Shown here: in pieces, positions 38,860 through 53,224 of the stretch
How the letters are laid out: each line of letters begins with the position of its first letter
Position numbering within the stretch: position 1 is the stretch's first letter
Origin: Lama glama
Lineage: Eukaryota
NCBI GenBank assembly: GCA_028534125.1
Contig: CM052816.1
Coordinates: 51,896,001 to 51,960,000 of the forward strand
Reading direction: 5' to 3'
Length of the DNA: 64,000 bases
Made by a program: the position numbers and the translations under genes
Notes under the pieces: generated by a model
The model's input: the letters and a program-made list of their open reading frames with translations, nothing else
What the model was told of the DNA's origin: nothing
Databases searched by the model: none

Positions 38860-39012
38860 CCCTTGTCCAAAGACAAGTAACACTGGTATCTCTGGGACCT
38901 TGTTAGAAATGCAGAACTCCGGCTCTGCTTCAGACCCACTGAATTTAATAAGACTGGCAATTTAACAAGATCCCCAGGTGACGCTTATGCAGATGAAAGC
39001 TGGAAAAGCACA
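38860..39012. mobile_element. MER5A-like MITE
   Basis: cttgttagaaatgcagaa...tttaacaagatccccaggtga. Confidence 0.8.
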
Positions 39013-39280
39013 ATTAAAAAAAAAAAAAAGATGGAAAGAAAGAAAAGCCCCGAAACAACAGAGTTAGCTTCCAAATAATCTCAGAGAAGCAAAGTCCTCG
39101 TGGAGACTTCAGGATCTGCAACTGCTTCCCTTGGGAACAACCTGTGACCTCTACTCACCCCGTCCTCTGGCGGGGCCTGGTCAGCTCAAAGGCAAGCCCT
39201 GCAGGTGGGGCTGCCCATCTGCATGGAGACCCAGGGACCAGGTGGGCCACACTTTCATCACAGGCTAGTCCCAGGCCTAC

Positions 39281-39529
39281 CTGACGGGAATGGAGGTGAA
39301 GGGCCTCTTGTATATGTCGGAGAGTTTCCCCAGAACCACGGCTGCCGTCGTGAAAATCCGATAGGTGTGCAGAAAGGTGTTGAGGAAATCGATACTAAGA
39401 AACCGCAGGTCTGTCAGCCGCTCCAGGAGGCGCTCCACGCTGGCGTAACGGATCTGGGGCACTTTGCAGGAGTTGAGTGTTTTGCTGAAGCAAATGTCAG
39501 TGTCGTCCTTGTGAAGACGGGCATCAGAC
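39281..39529 (-). CDS. RASGRF2: RASGRF2 exon (~14), REM (RasGEF N-terminal) domain: SDARLHKDD...[12 protein letters not shown]...KRPFTSIPV(R)
   Basis: gcatag|G acceptor, CAG|gtaggc donor, 249 nt, phase 2 to 2; inside ORF 39277..39558. Confidence 0.97.
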
Positions 39530-39775
39530 CTATGCACAAGGCAGGAACATGAGGACAAACCCAGGGCGCAGCTGCCTCTCAGGCCCTGAGTATTTCAGTA
39601 TCTGTAAATACCCACTCGTGTGTGGGCTTCTCCTTGCATTTGATAAAAGATGTGATATGACATATTACATACAACAAAGCAGGGCTGTAAAACATTAAAT
39701 ATGCCAGTATAATTTAGGAAGGTCAGAATTAATTGTGGAGAAGGTAATAATTTATTTCACTCTGTGTATTCCTTC

Positions 39776-40326
39776 TGCAAGAGAGGAAAAAAATTCTCCC
39801 TCTACCCTTCTAAGTTCTTGGCTGAGACCCTGTACTATAAGACAGATTAGCAAGAGAGAAATAAACACGTTTATTAACATGTATACCTCGTGTATACATG
39901 GGAGATAACCAGGGGAAATGAGAAACTCAAAGAGGTGGCTTAGAACTCAGGCTTAAATACCACCTTAATTGGGAAAAGGAGGCGGGGGGCGAGTAGGCCT
40001 CTCAGGGGAGAGTAAGTGGTTTTTAGGAAAGATGAATGGACCTTAGAAGAACAATAGGAGGCATGTCAGTTAATGACAAAGTGCCTGGGTGTGGTGTCAG
40101 TGTCTAACCTCTCCTGTGACAAGACTCAATCTTCCATGGTTGATGAAACTCCTGGGAGGCTGATTTATGACAACTGAGTTCTTTTTGGAGGATCTGTGTT
40201 TAGGCACCTAAAAGGAGTTCAGAAAAAGCCTCTCTCTGCATTTGCTGTTTTTCAAGCACCAACAGTTCAAAATGATCAATATAGCAAACTGGCATTTTTT
40301 GGGGCAACATATTCTGCTACCTTTCA
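39776..40326 (-). mobile_element. ERV1 solo LTR (MER34/MER39-like), 551 bp
   Basis: TG...CA termini, 4-bp TSD CTTC (39772-39775, 40327-40330); minus strand begins tgaaaggtagcagaatatgttgccccaaaaaatgcca; AATAAA at 39875-39870. Confidence 0.85.
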
Positions 40327-43300
40327 CTTCTTTTTCTGGTTCACTCATGCTTTATTAGGAAATCAAAGCTAAAAGCCCTACTTAGGAGGGGCATCACTTA
40401 TAGCCTTAAATTAGAATATCAGAAGTGTGCCTAAAAAGTAACAGAGAGGTGGGGAGGAGGGAGAGACACAGATATCACTGCTACTATCTGTGGTTATTTC
40501 TTTTTTTCACTTCTCATTTTGTACATTTGTGCTTTCCCCCTTTTTTCTTGATTAAACTGACTAATAGATTATATTATTGAGTATTTTTCCCTTTGGAACC
40601 AGATCTTTGCTTGATCATTTCTACTATTTTTCTATATCTTAATACATTAATATCCATTCTTATTGTAATTATTTCTTTCCTATACTTTCTTACAGTTGAT
40701 TTTGTCATTCTTTTTCTTAACTTCTTGAATTGAATGCTTTCTGGTTGATTAATGCATGAATGCTATCCATTTTCTGAATACAGTTAAATCCATAAGTTGT
40801 GTGAAAGACTGTGTTTTCATTATGTTTTCAATATTCTGCAGTGTTAAAAAAAAGTCTTCATAAAAAAAGGTAATAGGTGTAATATAGGCAGTGGCCTTTT
40901 CTAGAGATTTCCCCTAAACAGCTGTCCACCTGCTAAGCTGGGCTCTTCTCATCCTGTAAAATCTCCCATCTGGCTGCTCCCCAACCTGTCACCCTGAGGC
41001 CCTTGCACTGGAAGCCCGCAGCAGCCTTTCCAGGCGGACAAGCAAACTGGGAGGAAGACTCACACAGCAGCCCTCAAAATCCTTGGCTGTTTTCGGAGCC
41101 CCCAGCCAGAAGTGCAGCTTTGTTACAAAGGGCAAAAGAGGCAGGCACAGACGCCAAGTTCGTAGATGAAAAGCTTGAAAGCCGAGGGTGAGTCCCAATG
41201 GGGCTCAAAGAAATGCACGCCTTCGCTAGGACTGCCTGCAGCCTTCACATTACCGTCTGAGACCCCGTGTCTTCCTTCACTGCAGCATCTCAGAACAGGC
41301 AGTCAATGAAGTCCTGAGTTTCACCACTTGATCAAATGATACACTACAGGGCCAATGATGTTCAGTGAGGCAGCTGCTTGCTAAGAATCAGTCGGCTTGT
41401 TTGAGTGCCCTTAATTAGCCCTTTCAGCACTTCGAGGGATTTTAAATTATATATTTATTTTCTTTTGGATAAAAAGAAATCAATAGCTTCTTTAGCCTGC
41501 TCATGGAAATATTCCACCCCAAAGTAAGCTCAGTGCAGGCAGAAGTCCTTTACTTGCGGGGCTGAAAGAGCATTTTAATGAACAGCTTACTTGTGACAAG
41601 GAACTGACCAAGGGTGGCCTATTAGTTTTAGTCACAATACTGATCCCGAAAACACATAAGTGCATCTTTTGAGATTCTTGAAAATAGCACGGCTATTTGT
41701 CCACTTAGTATGTGACTTGCAACCAACCGTACGTTTGTGGTTCTTAATTTTTCTCATTTGAAAAAAGATCTTAGAAACTTTTATGAATCAATTAGTCTGT
41801 CTAGAAGATGGCTGAGGTAAGCACTTTTTCTCCCACGATTTTTCTACCAAAAGTCCCTATTTTCTAAGAAAACGGGGGTCACTATTATTAAAAGACAGCA
41901 AGCCTTACCCTACATAGATAAAATATAAAATATCACTTAAAGGGATACAGTCACTTAATAAATGTCATGATTTTGTATTCTAACCATACTTTTGAACTTT
42001 ACATCTTTTGACTATAATTACTTTAATCAAATAATAGGAAGAAATAATATATTGTTGCCAACATAAAATTAAAACTAATTACACTGCTGTCCTTCAAAAT
42101 TATGATTACATTTTCATTTTAAGCAAAGAAATTAAATATTATGAAATTATTTAATTTTCTTTTATTGCACTAAAACGAGATATTACTTTATTTCCTAAGG
42201 GACTTTCAAGAAGATATAATGCATTACTTCAGCCTCCTATGACAATAACAACTCCTTTTTGGTAAATACTTAAAAAAGCAATCTCGAGACATCAAGCCCA
42301 AATCATCTATTATAATCAGTAAATTTTAAAAGGAAGTGAGTGCCTGCAAAGTAATGCCATGTCAGTAACAAGACACAATTAAGACAGGGTAATTTTTTCT
42401 TTTAACTCTGCAAAACATTTTTTTTTTCATCATGTATAGTCAGGGAGATACGCAGGGAGGCAAGAACACAGAACTTAGGGTAGATGAGGGCCATAAAGGA
42501 GACTATCAGAAGGAACAGATTGAAAACTCCTCCTCTGTTCTCTGACTGAGAAGAACCAGGCTCAATGAGGCAGGGGAAAAACAGAAGTAAGAAAGATATG
42601 AAGTATGTAGAACTCTGCCTTGGGAATACATCTAGTATAGTATGGCTGGACATCAAAACATGTGTTAACTCCAATAGAGAATTCTTACAGCCCAAGACAC
42701 GGGCTTCTGCTCTCTCAGGAGAGTGGTTCCAACTCATTACAGTATCACCTCTTTGCACCCAAAAGCAGGAAAGTTTTGGTTTGTACAGGAGGTAGTTACA
42801 CAAACGAGGTTGGACAGGGACATTAGTCAAACTGCTATCATAGAAGACAGAAGATTCATTCAGGTGCCAGCCATAACTAGGTCAGGCACAGAACTAAAGT
42901 TTGTATCTATATATTAATTTCTAAAGTGAACAAAAAATGTATGTATAGTGGCCATGCAGCTGCCCTAGGGTTTAGGAGCTTATACCTTGGCTGTAAAGTC
43001 CAATTCACACAGTCTCATTCTAAAGCAGACTGGACTTTCATGGCTGTCTAACCTTTAAGAAAGTACTTTTAAAAGTGAATAAAAATAATATATATTATTT
43101 TGTGAAATACTAAAACATGAATACTATGGTAAAAAAAATTAATGACAGAACTAACCTAGTAGTGACGTGAATTTTAAAATTCAATCATCATGTGAACATT
43201 TGACTTAATATTCCATACTTGGTTTTAATTTTAGCATCATACATTTTTAACTAATCTTTAACTAACTGAAAAAGCTATGCTCAATTAAAAACCTCGATAC

Positions 43301-44385
43301 CTGAATGAGAAAGGAATCTTTGCCTGAGAGTTTCAAAATGACCCTACCCAAAATATTCTAAAATTTGACTAGAAATTTTAAATACTTCATTCTTTTATAT
43401 ATTTTCTGCAGTAATTATGGCACTAGTATAATTGTACTCTGCCTTCATCTGACACAATAATTAATAAGTTTTAAAGTTTGTACCATTGGGATAATACTAA
43501 TTATAACTGACACCTATCAGAAGAGAAAAGTTAATTTTTTTTGTCTTAAACAGCTCAGACCTAAAAAAAAAAATCCACATAAAAAGGCATGGAAGACAAA
43601 CATTTTCTTAGATTCATGTAACTCTTTTGGAAAGATATAACAGGACTGCTTTTTAAAATACATTTTATTCTTAGAATTTGGCCTGCAAATGAAAGTAGAG
43701 AACAATTTGGTCAGCTTCAAAATCCTCCCAAAACAAATTTTGAATTTGGAAACAAAAATGTAGAGACAAAAGCATTAATATGGAGAGCTATGGCACACAG
43801 TTATTGATGTAACTTCTCATTTTAAACTTATACCTTCTTTCACATTAAATGATAGGATTTATTTTTGTTAACAAAACATGTAGAGAACCCGTTGCCAGCC
43901 CCAGACAACAGCCTCTGGGGCAAATACATATATAGGCGGTGGGTAAAATGGTACCATGAAAAAGCCAGTTAATTCATGTTGAGTGTCTTCAAAACCTAAA
44001 TGTTCCTCTACAACCCAACCTGACTCATACGATTCATACCGACTGAGAAGACAGCAGGAGAATCTGCTGTCCACTCTCTGACCTTGGACACATCTGGCTA
44101 TCACAACTTTTTATACTGAACTTGAAAATTTTGATAGGCTTTTGTCTTGAGGAAGGCACTTGTAACAATACGAAAAACTACTTTTCTATGCTGTGTCAAT
44201 AAACTATGAATCTGAAAAATCATTTTGGTAGTCTTATTTATAATGGCATATCATGAATTAGCACTTCACCATCAAACATTCATAGTATGAAGCAGAATCC
44301 TACTGAAGCAATATTTTATTCAGGGTTTTACATTCTCTACCAATTTGACGATAAAAAATGTAAGGGAAAAGATGATCACACTTAC

Positions 44386-44468
44386 TTAATCATATGTGGC
44401 ACAGTAACTTTGGAATTTTCTTCAAACACTATAGTCATTAAACCATTACACCGTATGTTGTCCACACA
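44386..44468 (-). CDS. RASGRF2: RASGRF2 exon (~13): [27 protein letters not shown](K)
   Basis: ttcacag|TGT acceptor, TAA|gtaagt donor, 83 nt, phase 0 to 2. Confidence 0.96.
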
Positions 44469-45964
44469 CTGTGAAATTAAAAAATAGACAGTTACAACTC
44501 ACATGGAAACCTAGGCAGATCACAGAGTCCCAGAATTATTTACAGCCACAAAAACAATTGTTTCTCATCTGTGCACATATGCACACACATGTACACAGAT
44601 AAACAATATACATTGACTAACAGATTCAATATCCAAATACCAAAACTGCTCCTGGCACCTCAGGATGGATATAAGGGCTACAATTTCCTGGAATGTGTTT
44701 CCCAAGGATTCTGAGCCCACTGACACATCAGCACAATTCTCTGGCAGCACAACTTGGGAAGTTTATACCTTCAGTCAGTGACTGCCTCTGCTATATTCAT
44801 TCTCTGCCATAGTGAGTGGTATGGGGCAGGCAGAGAAGAAATGGTAGCTTCCTTGGATGGAATTCATCTCTCTCACTAGTAAGCTCTGTGCTTGTTTCTC
44901 GGTGTTTTTTGCCAATAAATTCCCACATTTTTCTCTAGCAGTTTCTACTGGCACCATGTTGGTTTGGTGAGGATAAATTGTATAATTGTATAAATCCTCC
45001 TGTTTCTGGCACATATAAAGCTCTCTTCATCATCTTCTCTTTTCTTTCTAAGAAGAAAACTCAGGAACTTAGGCTAATTTTTTCTGCCTTCTTTATTTAT
45101 AGCTACACCTTATCCATTTAAAATTTCCCCTTGCAATTGCTTTGGTCTTAGAGAAGGATTTATTTTGAATTATACACACACCCTTTAAATTAAACAGAAG
45201 GTGAAAAAAAGATTTAAACAATTTTTAAAATCAGAAATTACTTTTGGTTACTGTAATTAAATGGTGTGAAGAAGCTGACTGCCAAGTGATTTCACATAGC
45301 ATCGGAACTCAGGGTTTATCCTAAACCCCAACGTCTAATAAAAGAGTGAATATGCATATAAGAAACTTTGGATCACTGGCGTCCCCTGACTGTTCACTCT
45401 ACTTAGCATATCAGCCATTTTCATACTTGTTTTTCCTTAAAAATTTGTTTTTTCATGTCTTACACCATTATTTCAATGACCAGATACAGAAGATCTCAAC
45501 TTCTGGGAATAAAGTGGAATATTTTAAAGTCCCCCTGAAATTCATGTCCTCAGACATCTGTAACTTGGAGTTATCCTTTGTATGAATAATTATGGTTCTC
45601 TAACTATAAATTAGATTATATGTGCCTATATGTGAGTTTGTACTATATCTTATTCCTATAGGTAGATTACAATAACATATATAGTAAGACGAAAGTCAAG
45701 TAAGAAAATCAGAGATGATTTGAACAAAGGGTGGAAAATAATAAGATGAAGCCTGGAATCAAGGCACCACACATGCTTTATGTTAAGAAGTCCCGAACAC
45801 TTGCTGTATGTGGTCCTCAAAATTAGCTGAGCTACTGAGCAGCCAAACTTTCAAACGGGGGCCATGTGATCAGCTACAAAATTCACAGATTAACAGGAAC
45901 TCAATTAATCCTACTCTGAGTCCAGAGGGAAATTATCTCATGGGTTCTAATAAAGAAAATAGAA

Positions 45965-46080
45965 GAGGGGAGGGGATAGTTCAGTGGGAGAGTGTATGAG
46001 GTCCTGGGTTCAACCCCCAGTGCCTCCATTAAAAAATAAATAAATAAATAAACCTAATTCCCCTCCCCTAAAAAAAGAAA
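45965..46080 (+). mobile_element. tRNA-Ala-derived SINE (Vic-1-like) with most of the anticodon arm deleted
   Basis: ggggaggggatagttcagtgggagagtgtatgaggtcctgggttcaacccccagtgcctccattaaaaaataaataaataaataaacctaatt. Confidence 0.85.
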
Positions 46081-46559
46081 ACATTGAATAACACTGTCCT
46101 CAACAACATCCTTAAAGTAACTACGGTCTTTACCAAACTGTTTCCTGTAAACCCCCTCAACACTGGTTGAAGAGTACAATTCCACATGAACCACTCTGTG
46201 GTGGGCCCCAGAGAACGTGATCTTGCCCTGGCTGGTGTGGTTCCCAGAACAGATTTCACTCTGCAGAAAAGGGTGGGTATGGGCTGCTCTTCTTCAGGCT
46301 GAATAAATGCTGCTTCTCCTATCCTAGTTGGTGTCTGTTTCGAGCAGCTGGAAGTTGGACATGGTATTCGTTCCCAAAGCCTTGAAACTATAATATCCTA
46401 AGTTAGTACCCAGTCGTATGCAGCCAGTGTTTCCACCAGTGAGGCAAGCTACCAGTAGGTGGGCAGGTAACCTCCTGGGCCTGAAAGCAGCCACATCACC
46501 TCTCAGGCAGAGCCCTCTATCAGGGCTAGACAAAAAAAGACATCAATGATTCCACTTCT

Positions 46560-46980
46560 AAGTGCAAACATACAGGAGGGAGGAAGAGATGAGGCTGGCT
46601 GGCATGTGAGCTTATAAACGGAGAAGATGTAAGCTAGAGGCCAGCAGAAGTCAGCTGGAGTCAGGAGTCTCGAATTTGGGTTTTATCCAGCAGGCAGGTG
46701 GGAAGTCACTACAGGTTTCTAAGCGGCCTGTTTCTGTTACAAGATCTACAGCTGGCCTCGTGGAGGCAGTCACTGAAAAGAGAGAGGAATGAATGGAGAG
46801 ATCACCAGAATGATATTCTGAGTCATAAATGAAATGATTCATGCCTCCTCTGAGGCAGACCATGGGAATGAAGAGGCAGGGATGGAGGGAAACATTTTGG
46901 AGAAAGAAATATTAGAAATTGATGAGTTACTGAATAAAATCAAGAAGGAAAAACAGGGTAACATTCAAAGATGATTATCA
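46560..46980 (-). mobile_element. L2 fragment
   Basis: gaatttgggttttatcc...gggaagtcactacaggtttctaagc; gggaatgaagagg. Confidence 0.6.
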
Positions 46981-49900
46981 CTATTAGGCAATTTTTAATT
47001 AGAAAATGCAGTGGAAAATGCAAATATGTTTTAAAGCGATAAAGCCTGGCCAAAGGTCTTGAACGACACAGAGCTTAACTAAAACTAGTCTATCTTGTGG
47101 ATTCTCAAGAGCACCAAGAAGATGCACTGATTATATGCCATTAGGGATTTTATTAAATGAGGAGCTCACAACTGCATTTGTTAAGAACTTACTATGTGAC
47201 AGATACTGGGCTAAATGCTGGGAAGATGAGGGCAGGTAGCAGAGAAAGAATATATGAAAGAGCTTTAAATATGAGTAAGGCAAACCACTTTAAATTCATT
47301 TTCCTAATTCCAAGGGGAAAATGCATTAACATTATCCCTGTTCTTATGAAACTATGAGTGTGGAGTTTGGGGGCATAAGGAAAAGGCTTGTATGGGGACA
47401 GACACACAGACAGGGAGAGAATGGAGGCGATAAGTGATCCTTCACCCCAGTGACTTTTATAGCTCTTTAGACTTTTTAGTCTCAATGATTCTTAAGCAGA
47501 ATGAGGATGCCACCTGGATAACCAACACAGAAAGTGGGAGGACAGAGATGGTGTTTGGTGAGGATTGTGAAAATGAACAGTGTTCCTTCAATTTCCTTTA
47601 ACATTCTAAGCAATAGCATAGTTACACAGCCAACAGCCTTAGGATGACATAGGACTGTAGTTTCCACGTTCAGATTTTCTATTTGGTTCTTTGACAGATC
47701 AGACTGGTCCTTTTTACACAGTGGTCTATTCTTTTATTTCCTTCTTTCTTCCTTCTCGTCCTTCCTTCCTTCTTTCCTTCCTTCCTTCCATAGCTTTATA
47801 ATACTTTAAACATTCTTTTTTACAGTCTTTTGTAAGTTATTGCTCTATTATCTGAAGTTCCAGCAGTGCTAACTTTACTGCTCAATGGATCTTCTGACTC
47901 TTGCTCATGACAGATCGTTTACTCACAAGATTCGTAATTTTCAATTTTGAGCACATCATCACGCGTCCTGAACTGCTAAAGTGTTGCTAATGTAGTGACT
48001 TTGTGTTTGCTTCTACCAAGCATTCTTGGGATAGCAACCGTCCAAAAATTGTTTTTGTGTAAATTTCTCAGTTTGGAATTTTCATACCATGTGAATATTA
48101 TAAATCTGAATTTCAAAGCCATAGGTCAGAAACACATTCATTTTTTTCAAAGGAGATTTTAAAAATTTCAGAACCCAAGACAAAGACAAACTACTTTATA
48201 TCTTCCTGGCTTATTGGGTGGTTTTGAGTACTTATTTCATGGAAGGGACAGCCTTCCAATGCCCAGGCTTTAAACAGGGATCTCAATTCCTTTAAGGGGT
48301 CCAAGGATACCCCTTGCTCCTTCTGTTAATATCCCTCAGGTGTGGGACCAATATCTAATCTAAAATCATTCCCAAGTCCCTATGTCTTTAGTTTACATGA
48401 CTTCTGCCCTGACTTTAAGTTCCTTTGTTATTTCTGGCAACTAGAGATTTCCCTTTATATTTGTAAATATCACCAATGTATAATTTTTTAAATTATACTG
48501 ATCCTATGTATTAAACTTTTCTGGATTTGTAGCTAGAGGGGATCGAAATCGGTGCAGTCCTCTACAATGCCAGAATTGGAACTTGAGATAAATGTTTTAG
48601 ATCCAAAAGAGAAGATTTATGTGACTACTTTTGAACATCTCATTATCCAATGTCAAACCTCATTCATAAGTCTTTTTGATTCATTGTGTTAAGCATTAAA
48701 ATTATTTTCAATAGGAAGACAAAGAAATTTTCACTTACACTCAAGTTTCAGGAGAAGAAAACACAGCTGAACCATATAGCTCAAAAGACTAATAAAAAGT
48801 CATATTTAATTGTACAAAAAGGTCTTTGAGAATTGACACACACTCTTCATCTATGGGATAGATGAATATGTATATACACATATATACAAACATGTATATA
48901 TAAAACGTATTATGGTATAATTACAATAAAGGCGTGGTTTTGAAATGGATTCCTTATTTCTTAGGGGTTCCACAGAGAGGCTTCTGTGACAATATGAGTG
49001 TGAACAAAGAGGTCTCCTGGAGGGTTTGAGTATTCTGCTTTTAACTCACTTCCATTTTTATTACTGTTACATTGAAGAAAGCATTCTCTTCCAGGAAAAA
49101 AAAAAGTTAACCTACAATAGAATTTGTATTTATGAATGTGTGTATGAATATATTTACATTGGAAGCCATGGTATATATTCACGATTATATAAGCACATAT
49201 CTTGATTGTATTGGGGAAAAGAGATTGATCCCGGGGAATATGAATACAGTTCACTCGTTTAAGAAGACATGAAAATAACCAGGGTGTCACATACCTTTAA
49301 GGACACACTGAATTCACGTGAATTACTGTAAACCTTGATATTAACAAGATAAGAAAAGCAGATTCCTAGGTCACAGCTATTCTAGTTTGGGACCACATAC
49401 TACAACTAGGGGCAGGACTGGGAATATGTACATTCACAAAAGTCACAGGTAATTTTGATGCAGGTGGTCCTTGAAGGAGGGTTGAGAATGGCTTCTCCAG
49501 CAGGGTTTTCTGAGGGTCTTGCTTAAGGTGATCTCTAGTCAAAGGTCAGTGGTCGACTATGTCACTATATTTTTTACCTTAATACTTCTATGCAGTGGAG
49601 AGAAAAGGAGATTCAATTTTTCTTTTAATTCACCTTTTTATATTAAAGTAAAAAATCCAGAGAAGCTATTTTAAGGGAGAAAGCATTCAGTGTGCTACAA
49701 ATTTGTCTATACAAGGTCTATATTTTGACACATCTGCCCAAACCAAGAAGCTTAGAGGTGAATTTTAATTCTGCATTTTAGTTAATACCTATAATTACAG
49801 AAAAACCTGTTTAATACACCATTATGTATGACAGTAGGACATGCACAAATGAAAGCACTATACTGAACTGAACAGTCAAATCTTCAGCCTCAAATTTTTC

Positions 49901-50816
49901 CCTATAAATAGATGAAAAAGGGAAGAATTATTGGTCAAGACCATTAACCACTTGTACATTTTGTTGGAGGCACCAATGGTTAATTATGACCTTGCTGGTG
50001 GAACTGAAAGTATAATTAATCATTCAAGCAATTGTTACTTCTAAAAATTACAGCTTCAGAGAGAGAGGCCTGACAAAGCCAAAAGTCTTAATTTTTGTAT
50101 AGAATTCTTCATGTGAAACCGGGATTCTGTCAATACTCAGGCAGCACTTTATTACCTCAAATAAGAGCTGCATGTGATGACTATAACATGGTGCAACAGT
50201 TTAGCAAGGTGGTGTCAAATCAAGGCAGAAAAAAATTAAAATTTTCAAAATAAAAAGTGACCGAAATAAAAAGACAAAATAATGGAGAACATATTCATAA
50301 TTTGGACTGAAAGAAAATGGCCATTTCCCTAGTCAATATGGGTAGCTCCAATGGATAAATGTCCATTTGGTATAAACAGACAACAAATAGAAATAGTGAA
50401 ATGTTCATATCACTGATAATTACAGAAATGTAAATTAAAACCACTAGAAAGTAAGAAACTTTCCCATTAAATAAGAAAATGTGATAAATGTAACAAATCT
50501 CAACACTGGCAGGACTTAGAAGAAAGCTGCATAGATACCTTGCTGTGATGTCATGAAATAATGAGTTATGTATTTCTTGGAGCATTTGGGCAGACTGCTG
50601 AGTTACGTTTCATGAAGTCATGCTAGCAATCAGGCCCTTTGTACCAGCCTTAAACACTGCGGGCAAGATACACCAACAAAGGACCTTGAAAGGGGGAGAA
50701 ACTCCCTGCACAGAAGATGTTTAGCACTACATCAAATATTAATGCTGAAACTTGGAAACTGCCCATATGCCTAATTATTCAGAAAGAGCTAGAAAAGTGG
50801 TACGTTAACATGGTAA

Positions 50817-50842
<26 letters not shown>
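50817..50842. repeat. (TG)13 microsatellite
   Basis: Read directly. Confidence 0.95.
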
Positions 50843-50848
<6 letters not shown>

Positions 50849-51539
50849 CATATCAATAAAACATATATACTTGCTATTAGAAGATGTCAATAGGAAGAAT
50901 TCATAGGAATATAGGAAGAAATAAAAAGCAAAAAAATGATTCATATATACACTGAGAGCTAAACTGTTAAGTTATTTCTGTATGTCAGGACTGTGAGAGT
51001 TTTAAATACGAAACATTTAATTTTCAGAGTAAACTTTCTCTAATTTAATTGTGCAGAAGTGATCTGTAGAGCTTGTTAAACCAGGGAAGGGGGGTGTCTG
51101 GAATGTGGGTTCAGAAATCTGCATTTCAAAAAATCTCTCAGGTAACCCTACACAGTTATCTGTGGAAAATACTTTGATAAACATTTATTTAGTGGTCTGG
51201 GTGTTGGAAGTATTTTAAGTTCCCTTTTGTGTCCATATTTTTACATATACATAATAAAATATTAAAAAGTACATTTTCAAGCATTCCAAATGCTCATCTG
51301 ATTAATAATGAATATGTCCAGAGGCATACTTGGGAGACTGACAAATTCCATCAATGTATGTATAGCCCATAACTTCCCCTATAAAATGAAAATGCTTTAA
51401 GCAGAGAACAAAACCCAGTTGAGATGCAGGCTGCTGAGCAGTAGGCTAGGCTCAAACAATTGTAAAGCAATTTGCCTCCACCACCCACCATTCAAACCCG
51501 GCATCAGGAAAATCACTAAGTATCCCAGAATGCTCACTG

Positions 51540-52352
51540 CCATACTCAACTTTTAGAAGCAGTTAACCCGTGACCACTCCCTTCACCTTGATACATTTTC
51601 TTCACTGGACATACTGGACACCACACCACCTTGGCTATCCTCCAATCACACTGCTGGTTCCTTCTCAGTCTTCTTTGCTTTTCTCCCTGCTTCCTCACTC
51701 AGTCCATGGCCCTCTTCTCATTTCTACCTACATTTACTCCGAGTGATCTCAACAGTCTCACAGCCCTAAATACCATCTAAATGGCAGAGCCGCCCACCTG
51801 GACCTCTCCCCTGAGAGCTGCTTACTTAACAACACCACTTACAATCCCACTGCTTACTTAACAACACCACTTACATTACTTTTTCTTTTTCTATTTCCCC
51901 CCTTGTACATTCCCCTTCAGCCACACACACCTTCATGCTATTTCTTAAAATATGCGGAGTCCTCCTACTCTAGAATCTCTGCAATGGCTATTCCTTTTGT
52001 TTGGAATGACTTTCTCTTCACTACATATCTACATGGTATTTCCATGACCTTTGTTTTTGGATCTTGGTTTAGATGTCTTCTTCATAATGAGATAACCACC
52101 TTATAAAAACTGTACCGATCCACCTCTACCTCCAGGTGCCCAATTCTTCTTATCCTGCCCTATCATCATCTAACATGAAATAGTATATAGTCATTTATTA
52201 TGATTATTTTCAGTTTTCTCCATGCTAGAATGTAAGCTACACAAGATCAGGGAATTTTTTGTTGTTGCCTCCTGTTCATGATCTATCACAAGTGCCTAAA
52301 CAGTGCCTGGCATATAGCATCACTGCATAAATGTATTTGTTGAATGGCTGAA
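51540..52352 (+). mobile_element. L2 3' region
   Basis: ctagaatgtaagct and gtgcctggcatatag...atttgttgaatg terminus; ttctcagtcttctttgct upstream. Confidence 0.85.
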
Positions 52353-53224
52353 ATCATAAGTGTCAAAGCCACACAATATTAAGGCTCGACTGAACATAGT
52401 AATTTTACATAATGCTATTACCATCACTCAAAAAGATAAAACTTTCTGTTGTTTCCTTCTCCAATTCAATTGTACACATAAGCTAGTACAATTTAACATA
52501 CTAGGCATAACAACTTGGAGAAACGGGATGAAGTTGTATACTCAACTCAAGATGTAGTCTAAGTAGGGAGCCTCACTTGGACGCTTCTGGAAGGCAAAGT
52601 ATCGAATCCTTTCTTTAAAGGACCGAGCATAGAATCTTTCATGCACCCCATGGGTCTTTTCTCTCTTAGCAATGCCTTACCAGCACATTAAGGAAGATCA
52701 CTTAAAGTTTTTATCAACTCTGTATCTCAGGAGCCCCAGTTACATCATAAGGTAGAAGCTATAAGCAGTTGGAGAAACATCTTTGCCTATATTCCTATTC
52801 TCCCCAATTTTCCTACTCATCTTGGCTTCACAACACATACAAAATTTTGCTGCATTTTGTCTCCTTCCCTTTATTCACACTCATCTGCCTGTCTCCTTGA
52901 GAGCAGGGACCATTGCCATATCCCTGGTACCTACACGAACCCTGGCAGCACATCGTGATTGCTCAATTAACGTTCGTAGAATCAGTGACTGATTCAGAGT
53001 TTCATAAAGTAAGAAAGGCATTGCAGAGACATAATTAAGTATTAATTCACACAGCACAGAGCTAATGAAACTATTAATAAATCACTACAAGGATTTGTAA
53101 TTATACAAATATACAAGATCCCATATTTTCATTCCTTTGTTAGCCAGAAAAGAAGCACCTTAACTTCACCTATTTATTCAATCATCAAAACACTCCTGGG
53201 AGTAAAGAAGTAAAAATTCAGTGT

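Noticed and set aside
42986..43019. Possible 34-nt cryptic exon (ctttag ... AAG|gtataa)
   Set aside because: Weak polypyrimidine tract and donor; such pseudo-exons are expected by chance.
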